NCBI GenBank assembly: GCA_028534125.1 | Contig: CM052816.1 | Coordinates: 69,070,001-69,134,000 of the forward strand | DNA length: 64,000 bases | Reading direction: 5' to 3' | DNA from: Lama glama | Taxonomy: Eukaryota | Shown: in pieces, positions 1 to 12,358 of the stretch | Layout of the letters: each line of letters starts with the position of its first letter | How positions within the stretch are numbered: position 1 is the first letter of the stretch | Position numbers and translations under genes: made by a program | The notes under the pieces: model-generated | The model's input: the letters and a program-made list of their open reading frames with translations, nothing else | Told to the model about the DNA's origin: nothing | Database searches by the model: none

Positions 1-2172
1 ATCATCGTTCCAGTAAATGATCCCCCAAACCTTACGCTCCCTGAAGGAAACTTGCTTCTCGTGTTTGAGAACTCTAAGAAACGACTGACTCCAAATATCA
101 TACATGTGTCAGACCCAGACACAGATTCTTCAAGTCTTAGTTTTTCAGTTCTTGGCAACTTCCATTCAGATGCTGGGTTTTTAGAAAACACCAATGACCC
201 TGGGAGAGCCATTAGTGGTTTTACACATGGGGATTTAAGAGGTGGCAACATTTTCTGTGTGCACCGGGGCCATCGGAACTCCCGGATTCTCCTAAGAGCA
301 AGTGATGGAGAGCTGGTTAGCAATACGGTGGTGTTACGGGTCATTGCTGTTCCTTGGGACTTTGAAGTGGCCAACAGAACCGGTGTGGTCGTACAGCAGG
401 GTGGCACGGTTCTGATTACGCAGAGCAACTTGTCAGTGGAGGTTAATGGTGAACGCCCGGAGGTGGAGACCCGCTATGTTGTCACTCATGCACCTCAGTT
501 TGGCCAGATTCAGCGGCAGGGGTCAAGTGGAGAGTGGAAACAAGTGAGTATCTTTTCTCAGCGTTCAATTGATCAGGGTCGGGTCCGGTACTCCAGTATA
601 TTCCAGGAATTGCAGCTAAAAAACATTACTGATCACTTTAAATTTAAAGTTAATATAGAAGGAAAAAGCAGTGAAGAGCTGATGTTTCCCATTACCATAC
701 AATGGCTAACATTTACCCTTCTGAAAAATGTTCCTCTTGAGATCAGTGAAATAAACAGGCACGTACTGAATTCAGATCATTTGCAGGCTGTGACAGAGGG
801 TGTGGACATAGCCGAAGCGGAACTACATTTTAAGTTACTCACCACACCTAAGAAAGGAAAATTGCTACTTGACACAAAAGTTCTAAAAACAAACTCAGTC
901 TTCAGCCAACAAAACATTACAGACTTCAAGATAAATTATGAACTACAGGAGAGACCCAGGAAAGATTCACAAGATACTTTCAGGTTCTTGATGATTGCAA
1001 AACACATAGAATCAAATAATTATACTTTCAGAATAAACATTAATGCAGATAAGATGCACATTATTTTAACAAACAGGGGATTGTTTGTAAAAGAAGGGGA
1101 AGGGAAATTAATTACAAGATCAGAATTATTTGCTGAAACATTGGACAATCAGACCTTCCAATATAAAATCACCAAGAGTCCTCAACACGGGAAGCTGAAA
1201 CTGATTAGCTCTTCAGAGTCTCTGGGAAGTCATGACAATATTTCCACATTCACCGATCAGGACATCCTGGATGAGCGGCTGATGTATGTGCATGATGACT
1301 CTGAGACCCAGTGTGATGAATTCCTCCTTGTGGCCTCCCCTACAGGACCAGGCCAGGAGGGAGTGGCCAGGGATCTCCGTAGGGAGCATCTGTCCGCAGA
1401 GATCAAGGTCACTGTTTCTGTGGAGTTAAAGAATGATGAGAAACCGGTGCGCGTGGTGGATAAAGTCTTTCACATTGTGCGGAACAGCCAGCGCTTACTA
1501 ACCCTAGCAGATCTCTGTTACCATGACCCGGATTCCGATTTTGACGATGGGCAGTTGCTCTACACCCGGCGGGGCATCCCGAATGGGGACTTGGTGCGAG
1601 CCAGTGACCCGACTCAGAAACTGTACCAGTTCAGGCAGGACGACCTGCGGGCGGGGCACGTGCTCTTCAGGCATCGAGGTGCGGACTTCGCCCGCTTTGT
1701 GCTGTTTGTGACAGACGGTGTCCACACTACATCGTCCCTTCTCGAGGTCAGTGTGTCAGACCCCTACGTGCGTATAGCCAACAACACGGGGCTGCTCGTG
1801 CAGAGAGGAAAGGACAGCAGCCTAACGACTGCCAATCTCAGTGTCACCACAAACCAAGATGTCAGAACAGATGGCGAGATCAGATTCCACATTGCGTGGC
1901 CTCCAGAGCATGGCAGAGTGCTGGTCAGCAGCTCAAGGGCTGGCTCATTCTCTCTACATGACTTGAAGCAAGGACATGTGATTTATAGGCATGACGGCAG
2001 CGGCAGCTTCGATGTGTTCAACCTGACAGTGAAAGTTAAAGATACATATTTAGAAGTGGGCGTCTATGTGCATGTGGACTCAGAAAGCCACCAGCATCAC
2101 ACCCAAATTCTGCACAGCAAGACCCTTGTTGTTGAAGAAGGAAAACCAGTAAAACTGAGTAGAATACTCCAG
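1..2172 (+). CDS. CSPG4B: CSPG4B (CSPG4/NG2 paralogue), large internal coding exon, 5'-partial; CSPG (cadherin-like) repeats
   Basis: Frame 1 is open from base 1 (IIVPVNDPPNLTLPEG...). It shows repeated CSPG-repeat motifs (PQHGKL..FT.QDI...L.YVHDDSET; VNDPP/KNDEKP; DLCYHDPDSDFDD; YTRRGIPNGDLV). Donor CAG|GTAGGT after 2172, phase 0. Confidence 0.92.
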
Positions 2173-3568
2173 GTAGGTAGTCATCCCAGTACCAAACAGT
2201 CCCACTCTCCTAAAACCACAGGGAATGTGATCTGTTTGTTTGCTTCTGAAAGCTATTTTTGTGTTGACTTCCCTCCTCGCATGTGGAACGACTTTTTAAA
2301 AAATGTAGATGCCATTGAGAAGGCTTCATGATTTTGATACTGCAAATTGTTCTACAGTTAGAAATGGAATATGAGTAATCCTAAGCCTCGTTTTAAAGCT
2401 GTGTGCACATGATCACACGAGTTTGCAGGTATGTTTGGTGTAGGATGACCTGGGAAGAGGGAGGGAATGTATATATTGTAATAAATTAAGAGGTCATTAC
2501 TTTTTTCACTTTTCATAAGCAACACTGCCAATATATCATTTGATCTGAGTTATGTGATGAAGCAGGGTATAAAAACAGAGTAACCTATCAAACATAAAAA
2601 GGATTCCTAAAATAGCAGAGGATACTATAGTATACAGTTTATTTCCTTAGCTCTGAATGTGGCCTTACTCAGTTTCTTGAAATTGATGCATAAAATCAGC
2701 CTAGACCAGTGGAATGCCAGGGGTGAAACCTCATACCAGAAGCTACATGGTTTCTTGAGGCTCCAACTTGGAAACTTTCAGCAGCACAGCCCTGCTGATC
2801 AGAGTTAGGGAAGAGTGAGTAATCCTGCACAGGGTGCATAAACTGTGATTTATATGAAAATTGGCCACAAATGCAGGCTATTCTGAATCTACGCTCAGGA
2901 CTGCAAGCAAGTTTGCTTGCCTGATAAATACAGTCAATAACATCAAGTAGAAATGAATTCAAATCAGAAGCAGTTTACTAAATAATGATTTTTGACCACG
3001 AGAATGTGGGACCCACAAGCTTTTCTCAATTCTTTTTCAGGATCTTAGAGAGTTTATGCTTCAGTTTAACCACAAGGGGGTGTATGGAGTTCAGTGACTA
3101 TAAATCAGTAACCATGACAGTTTTGAGATGGATTTTGCTCAATCAGTAAATTAAATGCATATTGAAAATGCTGAACTAGTTTAAAAATATTCCTCTGAAG
3201 TCCTGCAGTTTTAGTGATTCAGCTGCTACCTCTTCCACCATCATTTGTTCCTTCTCCTTATATACCATTTTGTTTCTTTCAGCTCAACTTTCTGACTCCT
3301 GGATTTCTTGTCACTGTGAACAATGCCTTGTAAATACATTAGAAACTATTCAAATATTCCTTTTTCTTTGCCACCAGGGCTGAAATTCAAAATATTGGCA
3401 TGGTCACCAGAGCAGATCCAAGCTTAAACTGTGTATCAATCTGGATTGTAACTTAAGCCGTTTGTGGACATTAATAGAAAAAAATGTGGTTTATCAAGGG
3501 TCTTGACTCTCCCACATATCAGTCTGTTTTTTCTTTTTCTGTCTGTATGTTGTGAATGTGAACTCAAG

Positions 3569-4039
3569 GCTGTACATGAAGATAATATTCCTTCAGAGGC
3601 AATGTTCATTGTTAGAACTCCACCCATGCATGGATACCTCCGAAAATCTTTACCAGAAGAAGGCAGCTTGGGTGCATATGAAAAGTCTCCTTTGAGTTTT
3701 ACACAGCAGGACATTGATGATGGTTATATCCATTATGTACAGACAGCTCCTGACCAACTACAGGACCAGTTTTTACTGGATGTGATGAGTGGCTTCCAAG
3801 CTGTGAGTAGAGTTGAAATCTTGGTGGATATTGTCCCTAAGCAGATTCCTCTGGAGGCACAAAATTTCACAGTGCAAGAAGGTGGTTCCAAAACACTTTC
3901 AGAAGACTACTTCAAAATTCCAAGCAAGCATTTTGCTGGACTTGACTGTGAATTTTTTCTACTCAAACCACCAAAACACGGTTATGTTCAAAATTCTCAT
4001 TTTCCAAGAGTGAAGCTTATGAAATTTACCAGGAAACAG
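3569..4039 (+). CDS. CSPG4B: CSPG4B coding exon (471 nt, phase 0/0)
   Basis: Acceptor is the first AG after the pyrimidine tract (actcaag|GCT). Translation AVHEDNIPSEAMFIVRTPPMHGYL...FTQQDIDDGYIHYVQ...FTRKQ. Donor CAG|GTAATA. Confidence 0.88.
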
Positions 4040-7000
4040 GTAATAACTCTGAGTTAATATATTGAGGTATGATGGATAAGGAAAAACACTTGACTATTTA
4101 TCATTTAGATTCATGGACTTTTGGGAGTGATGAGACCCGAGAAAGTATCTAGTCCAACCTACCAACAGATGGACAGGCCCTTCTGCAGTAACCCCATAGA
4201 GAGGTTGTTGCTTAATGTCCATTGCTTAAATATCCTCAGTGGTGGAGAACTCACTGCTTCCTGAGATGGGTCTTTCCAGCTGAAAAACATTCCAGTTGAT
4301 GGAAAGGAAGTTCTTTATGCTGAGCTGCCACTTAGAAACTTCTCCTAGGTTCTGCCTCTGGGAGCTCACAGAACAAATCATACCTCCTTTGGTAAAAGCT
4401 CTTTAAATGTTGAAAGAAAATGTTACCAAGTTCCCTTGAATGTCATCTTCTGTAGGTTAAATATCTGTAGTTTCTCAAACTTTTGCTTATATGCTCTGGG
4501 TTTCTACCTGCACCATCCTGGCTGCCCAGTTCTAGAGAAGCGTCCCTGTCCCTCGCAAAGTATAATACCCAGGTAGCTAACACAGGTGTGCTTTAATCAT
4601 TAGTGGATGTTTTCATTCATTCATTCCCTTTCAAGCAGCAGGTGCTGGTAGAGTGCACACTCTGTGTCGTGCGCTAGGCTAAGCACAGTGCTATCAATGG
4701 CTAGAGTGGCCCAGTGCCTGCCATCAAGCAGCTGGACCCAGCTGCCAATCTGATGTCCAACACAAAATAACCAGAATCAACCCTGGGCTGCTATCAGATT
4801 TCTTTGTTTTGGGTTAGAGTGATATTATTGTGAGACTTTGCTTTCTTATAGTGAATAAAAGAATGACTTCTGTTACTTTACAACCACGTAGCATCTTTGG
4901 GTAGTTTTGTCCCATTAGCTAAGAATGTGTGCTGCTTCATTTTGCTTCTAAGGATTTCACCTCATCAAGTGATTTCAATCCATTCACTAAACAATTACTT
5001 TGTCCAAGTTACTGTGTCAGGTTACCCTGATAAGTGGACATATTTCTTGCTCTCAAGAAATGCTGTAGGGGAATCAGGCACATGAACTGTAATATAAGGT
5101 ACACTCTTCTTATCTTTCATGTAGGTGAGAGACCGAGCACCAGATTTTGATTCTGTCTTGGCCAGTTCATTATCGACTGTGCTTTGTAAGAAGTGTATAT
5201 TTCAGCACGGTTGGTTGAAATCTGTGTCAAGTACGTGTGTTCCCTGTGGTATCCGTGTGATCATGTAGTCTTGTTCACGGTCGAGGTTGTGTGTTCCTGC
5301 TCCTCCAGAGGAGCCTTCATACTTTAACTTCCTTTACGACTCCTGAGGTCTCTGCGTTTTGAGACATGATCGTTTTCACTTTCAGTGACAGCTAACACCT
5401 AGTGACTATAGCTTTTAGTGACCCAGAGAAGGAGAGTTCTTGGCCATTTTTGCCCTTCATTCATTTAGCAGATAGTTTTTGAGTGTCCATTGTGTGTCAG
5501 GTGTGCTAGCTCTGAGTACCGGGGATACAGCAGGGAAGTACCCAGCAATCATCCCTGTCCTTGTGGATCTTTTCCCTAATGGGGGAAAGAAGGAGGCAGA
5601 GAGAGATAGTAAGTGAAATAAATAAGCAAATTTCTGTAAATAAAATAGCTGAATGAAGATTAGTGCTATGGAGAAAAATAAAGCAGGAAAGGGAGATAGG
5701 AAGTGCTGGAGACTTCACGTGGGGTGTGTGTGTATGTGTGTGTGCATATGTGTTGATGTTGGGTTTCAAATAAAGTGTTGGGAGGCCCCACTGAGAAGGC
5801 AGCATTTGAACAGACACTGGAGGAGGTGATGTATGGATGAGCCAGCTAGATATGGAGGAGAGAACATTCCAGACAGAGGGAAGAGCAAGTGAACAGGTGT
5901 GAGGGGAGCAGCAGGAGTTCTGGGTGGCTGGAGCTGCACATGGGCGAGCAGTAGACGAGGTGAGCGAGGTCCAGTATAGGAGGGCCTTTGACTTCACCTT
6001 TGATCCCGGGTGAGCTGAGGAGCAACTGGGGAGAGAGATGTGAGCAGAGGAGGGACCTAATGTACCCTGAACATGATTGGTGACGGGGGACAAACACTTT
6101 TTAATATATACTTCAATGTCAGGTCATCAGATGTTTTTCTAGCATTAGAACTAGGAACAGACTAATCTCCAGCCAACCTTCTCTTTACCTTTGGATTAAT
6201 AACTATTAAACGGCATTTTAAATGGTAATTTGGGAGGAAATGATGTATTTATCCAGGAAGGATACTGAAAAGGTGACCTCTATTTAAATGCTATCTTTCT
6301 AAAGTATATTAGGTTAAAAATTCTCCTGCCAGTGCCATCTTCCATGTTTGTTTTCAGATAGCTGAAAACAGTATTCCAGTGGCCAGGCCTACGGTCTGGA
6401 ATTCCTCTTCCCACAGAACTCCAAAGAAATTCTCATGCACCTGCATACAAGTGGCACAACTTTTCCTTGAGACTCTTCATGAACTTTTCAACTCTTGTCA
6501 GAAACACCTCTGAGAGATCAAAAGTCTTTGCTCAAAGGAAGTGCGCCATAGGGCTGGGCAAAGTTGAACTGTTAAAAATGTTGGCTGAATTTTATCAAAA
6601 CAAACACAACCCCAGAGACTTTTTTAGAAGTTCAGCTACTCCTGTTGGACACTGAAAGTTCTCTGCCCTTGTATTTCGAGGTCACAGATTCCCTGAAGCC
6701 AAGTTCCCTTCTAGCTTTCAGATTCTCCTGGTCTCTGATTTTGATCCTGAGCTCTTCAGTAATTCCATCAGAACCCTGAAGACATGAAAGGCAGTCTGAT
6801 CAAATTTGTGGCTATTACACATCCAAGAGGAATAACTAATTCATTGGGTGGCCATTTCAGAATGAAAATTAGAAAGATGAAATCTATTAGGGATTAAAAT
6901 GAATGTTATGGGTAACATCTGTTAAGAGATGCACCAAAACAAAACAATACAATTGTATTCTGAAGAAGGAGGAGCAGGATTAGAAGGTAGCAGGTGTAAC

Positions 7001-7577
7001 CTCACATACAAGAAACAGTTAAGGGAATAATGCATGCTTAGCTTAGAAAAGAGAAGTTTGGGGAAACTTAATAGTTACCCTGGTCCATATGTCTCCAAAA
7101 AGCAGAAATCCAACAAGTGAGTGGAAGCTTCAGAACCTAAATCTAATATTCTGAATTGTCCAACAAAGCAATCTACTTCAAAAATTAGTCACTAAATAGA
7201 GTCTGAATTTTAATGGGCTTTGTTCCATTGGAAGAAAGGCAGAATTATATCACTTACCTACAACACATTTTAGTGTTAGAAATAGTCTTTGAACTCAGGC
7301 CTTCTGTTAACCAGTCCAGCATTCTCTTTACTACCCCACATTACTCAACCACTCTGTTCCTCCTTCAACGTATTTCTGGGGTGTAGTGTTGCTTCATAAA
7401 AATTACACCATCCATCATAATTTGCACTCTGATTGTCAGAATCATACTTCCTGGGATGAACACATGCTTCTGTGTTTTAGAGAGATATAAAAAAATTAGG
7501 ATTTCTTTTATAGTAGTTTTTTTCATATTTTTAAATCACATTTCAGTAATTTGGTCTTTTTTTGTTGTTGGTTATAG

Positions 7578-7754
7578 GTGGAAAATGAATTGATTTCCTA
7601 TGTTCATGATGATAGTGAAGAGCTTCTTGACAGTTTCACCATCTTTGCAAATAGCTCAGAGCTGGGAAAACAGAGTTTGCCCCAGACTGTCTTTGTGACT
7701 GTTGAATCAGTAAATGATGAGGCTCCAGTAATAACAGCCAATAAAATCCTCCAG
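7578..7754 (+). CDS. CSPG4B: CSPG4B coding exon (177 nt, phase 0/0)
   Basis: Acceptor gttatag|GTG. Translation VENELISYVHDDSEELLDSF...VESVNDEAPVITANKILQ. Donor CAG|GTACGT. Confidence 0.92.
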
Positions 7755-8100
7755 GTACGTGCTCCATGCTTTTTGATTTACCGTAATGGCACAGGGCTAC
7801 CAATTTCATTTTCTTTTGTGTTGTTTCTAATGTTAAATAATCAGATATATGACTATGTGTGTATAGTTGACATATTCCTACTGGTTTTAAATAAAGGTTG
7901 GTTAGTACAAGACGTTCTGTTGGGTACTCTTGGGAGATGATAAATCACAGTGAGTTACTGTCATATTGTATTTCTTGAGTGGGCACCACTCACACCATGT
8001 TCCTTGAGGCATGGCTTTTCTACTTAGGTGAGGAAGGTGTCTGCACATGAGAAACTCCTGCAAGGCTGGTAGCATCATGGTTAAGAGAGTGGGCTCTGGA

Positions 8101-8292
8101 TACTAACAACTTTATATAAAACAGATAAACAAGGTCCTACTGTATAGCACAGGGAACTATATTCAATATCTTGTAATAACCTATAATGAAAAAGAATATG
8201 TATTTATATGTATAACTGAATCACTATGCCATACACCAGAAGCTAACACAACGTCGTAAATCAAATATATTTCAATTATAAAAAAAAAAAAA
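8101..8292 (+). mobile_element. LINE-1 3'-end fragment with poly(A), inserted in a MIR-like element
   Basis: CTACTGTATAGCACAGGGAACTATATTCAATATCTTGTAATAACCTATAATG... followed by an A tail. Confidence 0.8.
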
Positions 8293-10114
8293 GAGAGTCA
8301 ATCCTGCCAAAGAAAGATCTGGATGAGAATCAGCTCCCCACTATTGGCTGCATGACCTTGGGCAAGATATTCAGCCCTTTCATTTGCGGTCTCATCTAGT
8401 GGTGGGAAATAGAGGTAGAGTTGTGAGGAATAAATGGTAAAACAATATACGACTCTCCTGCAGTGCCTGACATGTAGTTAGGACTCAGTAAATGATAGCT
8501 ATTATTACTAAAAATCCTGAAGACCACACCAGCCTTAAAGTCAAGTCAAGTTGTCGTACAGTTATGGGACAGTGTCTTGCAGGTTCTGGGAGCCTCCATC
8601 ACCCTTCACTTTTTCTGAGAATCCCCAGGGGTGGTTCTTAAGCACTCAAGATGAACACGTCTAGGCTGCCACACTGTGTCCAGGAGCCTTAAAGTAATGT
8701 CTGCTGTTGGGGTCACTGTCGCCCACAGCAAGGGGCTGATGCTCAGGACGCCTTCTGGCTCTGATGGCACCATTTCCTGCCACACCAGCACTGCCGGCGT
8801 CAATGCTAGTGAACCCATTGGTGCCAGTTTACACTCAGGTATCTTAAAGCTTTCATTTAATAGATTTTCTTGGTTTTAACTTACTCCTTCTTGTTATTCC
8901 TTCTTCTAAGGACTTGGGCTTGGATTCTGGCTTGGAGAGTAACTGTTATAAATGCTCAGAAATTGTCAGCTCTTATTATATGTAAGTGCTTAAAACTATT
9001 ATAAGTGCTCCAAAAATATTAGCTCCCATTATGTGCAAGTATTGCTCTAAGGGCTGACAGCTCACGGAGACAGGCACTCCCGGTGCCCTCATTGAACAGA
9101 TATGGAAACGGGAGAGAACTACAAGGTGGCTCAATTACAGGCTCAGGATCGAGTGACAACCTAGGAGTCTGGTGGTATCCAGTGATGTCTGCTGCATAGT
9201 CAACAAGAATATTTACTGAAGGAATGAATAAATTTAAATACAGACTGTCAGTTCCCCCAACACTGGCCCACGTCTCAGAGACCAGGCTTTGCCTTGGCTC
9301 TGTCTTCCTTTAGAATGGCTGCAGTTCTGGAAGAATCCTTGGCCCCTCAACACAAATAAGCCCCTAGTAGATCATTCGTCAGATATGTCCAGACATGGGA
9401 ATCTGAGTGTGTTCACCTTGAAATCTGACTGCAACAAGTCTTCCTACATATGTATTTGGCAACTTCAACCTTGTTTATACTACTCATGAGAGTAAGCAGT
9501 TGACAGTAAATTCTTCAGAAGTTTAGAGGAAGTTGGGTGGTCAGAGGAGATACAGAAGAGGTGGGTACCTCCCTTGTGTTGGGGAGCGCTTGGAGATGTG
9601 GTGGGGCAGTTTTTGTTGCTACACCTACTGGAAGATGCTACTGTATTTAATGCCTGAGGGCCAGGGATGCTTAATATCTGGCAATGTATGGGACAGTCTT
9701 ACAAAATGAAGAAATGTTCCACCCAAAGTGTCAGTAGTACCCTGTTGAGAAACACCCTTGACCACGAATTTGCAAATTGCTGTTCATGAGCCTAATTGGG
9801 CCAACTGCCAGTTTATTTGGACAGTATGCAAGCTAAGGATGGTTTTTGGTAGATGAGCACTGGCAATTGATTTGATACTAGGGAACTCTGATTTTGAATC
9901 TCATGTAAGCAAAATGTTAGCCGTTAAAAAAGAATTCTGTTCTTCTCAGTAGATCTGTATTGTGAAAAATTGTACTCAGTTATTATTATTACAATTTGAA
10001 TTTTATCAGTAAAAATTTGCATTGTTACATAAATATCTATATACTGTCCTCAGTTTTGCTCATAACTCACAAAACCTGAAATATTTTCTCTCTGGTTCTT
10101 CATAGAGTATCTTT

Positions 10115-10329
10115 GTCAACTGTCCAATAGAACTTTTTGTGATGATTAAAATGTTTTGTATATGTGCTGTCTAGTACACTAGCCAATAGCCAAACATGGC
10201 TATGAAATATTTGAAATATGGCCAGTATGATTAAGGAATGGAAGTTTAAATTTTATGTAATTTTAATTTATTTAAATTAAATTTCAGTTTCCCCATATGC
10301 CTAATGGCTACTTTGTTGGACAGCACAGT
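10115..10329. mobile_element. MER3-like hAT MITE
   Basis: Inverted ends CTGTCCAATAGAAC... / ...TTGGACAGCACAG. Confidence 0.7.
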
Positions 10330-10607
10330 TCCAGGCTCTAAGGGGCGATGCTGATAGGCAGGGGCAAGAAAGTGCAGAAAACGTCATTTATGGGCTAGGG
10401 GGCAAACCAACCCAGCTGGGATGGAAGATCCATGTGTTATAGCATAAAGCTGGAAATGAGGGCCTTGAACTCTGGGAAAGGATTTGGACTTGATTTTTGG
10501 CCAGGGGAAGACTATGCAGATACAGTCTATCTGTCTAGAGTGGCTGGGAGAACATAGAACTTTCAAAGCACTTCACCTTCATTATGTTTAAAAAAGAATA
10601 TTAAAAA

Positions 10608-10821
10608 GGTGGTGGGTGAAGCTCAGTGGTACAGCGCATGCTTAGCATACATGAGGTCCTGGGTTCAATCTCCAGTATCTCCATTAAAAAGAAAAGAAAA
10701 GAAAAGAAAAGAAAAGAAAAGAAAAGAAAAGAAGAGAAGAGAAGAGAGGAGAGGAGGGGAGGGGAGGGGAGGGGAGGGGAGGGGAGGAAAGAAAAGAAGC
10801 CCCCAAAGAGGACATAAAAAA
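10608..10821 (+). mobile_element. tRNA-derived SINE (Vic-1-like) with expanded purine microsatellite tail
   Basis: A-box AGCTCAGTGG, core GCATGCTTAGCAT..ATGAGGTCCTGGGTTCAATC (B-box), then (AAAAG)n to (AGGGG)n. Confidence 0.8.
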
Positions 10822-11471
10822 TGTAATATTGTTTCCATTGTTTGACGGATTTCTCCCTGGTTCCTTCAGACAGCTTTTCATTCTTCTCTTAATCTAGAGC
10901 CAGAATCGCCTTTTCAAGGACTGCTACATTTGTCCTACCTCCCTCCACTTCTGCAGTTCATTATAATCATGGATAAAAGACAGGAAATCCAGGTGGCAGT
11001 CTCTGAACAGTCTTGTGGCTAAATTTAGTCATGAGTCTTGAAGACCCCAGCACAGTTTTTCATTAGTTGTTGCTGCATAGTGACTAGCTAATGTAGATCA
11101 GTTGAGCTATAAGAAACATATTTAACTATTACATGTTGTAGAGTATATATAATACTTATGTATGTATGCATGTGTATATGTTACACATTTACATATATAA
11201 TCCTTCTGTTAAAAAACAGAGGGTCAAATTGAACCCCTAACAGGCGAGGAAACTAAAGCCCAAGGAGCAGTGGGAATCCTAAGCTTCCATCACTGGTTGA
11301 TTGTAGGGTCACCTGACTTCTACCCTGAGAACTTTGACCGTGCTTTCTTCTACCCTTCCTTTTTTTTTTTCTTTTTTTTTTTTTTGAGGGGGGAGATGTG
11401 GGAATATTTAAATAAAACATTTTAACTAACAAACAATTGTTAGGGCTGATGCTATTCTAACCCAGTAGATT

Positions 11472-12358
11472 TTGTTTGTTTGTTTTAATGAAGTATAGTC
11501 AGTTTACAATGTTGCATCAGTTTCTGGTGTACAGCATAATATTTCAGTCATACATATACATACATATATTCCTTTTCACATTCTTTTTCATTGAAGGTTA
11601 CTACAAGATATTGAATATAGCTCCCTGTGCTATACAGTAGAAACTTGTTTATCTATTATATATAGTAGTTAGTATCTGCAAATCTTGAACTTCCATTTTA
11701 TCTCTTCCTACCCCCTTTCCCTCCTGGTAACCATAGTTTGTTGTCTATGTTTGTGAGTCTGTTTCTCTTTTGTACATAAGTTCATTTGTGTCTTTTTAAG
11801 ATCCACGCACAAGTTATATCATATGGTATTTTTCTTTCTTTTTCTGGCTTACCTTCACTTAGAATGATGATCTCCAGGTCCGTCCATGTTGCTGCAAATG
11901 GCATTATTTTATTCTTTTTTTTATGGCTGAGTAGTATTCTATTATATATATATATACTACATCTTCTTTATTCAGTCATCTGTCAGTGGACACTTAGGTT
12001 GTTTCCATGTCTTGGCTATTGTAAATAGTGCTGCTGTGAACATTGGGGTGCATGTATCTTTTTGAATTAGAGCTCCCTCTGGATATATGCCCAGGAGTGG
12101 GATTGCTGGATCATATGGTAAGCCTATTTTTAGTTTTTTTAAGGCATCTCCGTACTATTTTCCATAGTGGCTACACCAAACTACATTCCCACCAACAATG
12201 TTGGGGGTTCCCTGTTCTCCACACTCTCTCCAGCATTTATCATTGGTGGACTTTTTAATGATGGCCATTCTGACTGGTGTGAGGTGATACCTCATTGTAG
12301 TTTTGATTTGCATTTCTCTGATAATTAGCGATATTGAGCATTTTTTCATGTGCCTATG
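11472..12358 (-). mobile_element. 5'-truncated LINE-1 (ORF2 C-terminus and 3' UTR) with 14-bp TSD
   Basis: Minus-strand peptide [33 protein letters not shown] is the L1 ORF2 C-terminal region. TAACCCAGTAGATT is duplicated at 11458-11471 and 12359-12372. Confidence 0.93.

Noticed and set aside
2173..2331. C-terminal extension of the 759-aa ORF (VGSHPSTK...EKAS)
   Set aside because: Read-through past a good donor (CAG|GTAGGT); no CSPG-like content. The ORF-track starts at 52, 3464, 22616, 26352 and 50126 are likewise not true initiators.
5506..6097. 195-aa minus-strand ORF
   Set aside because: Lies in an L2-like relic with a (TG)n patch; no recognisable domain.
10609..10881. K/R/E/G-rich ORFs
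   Set aside because: Translations of the SINE and its microsatellite tail.
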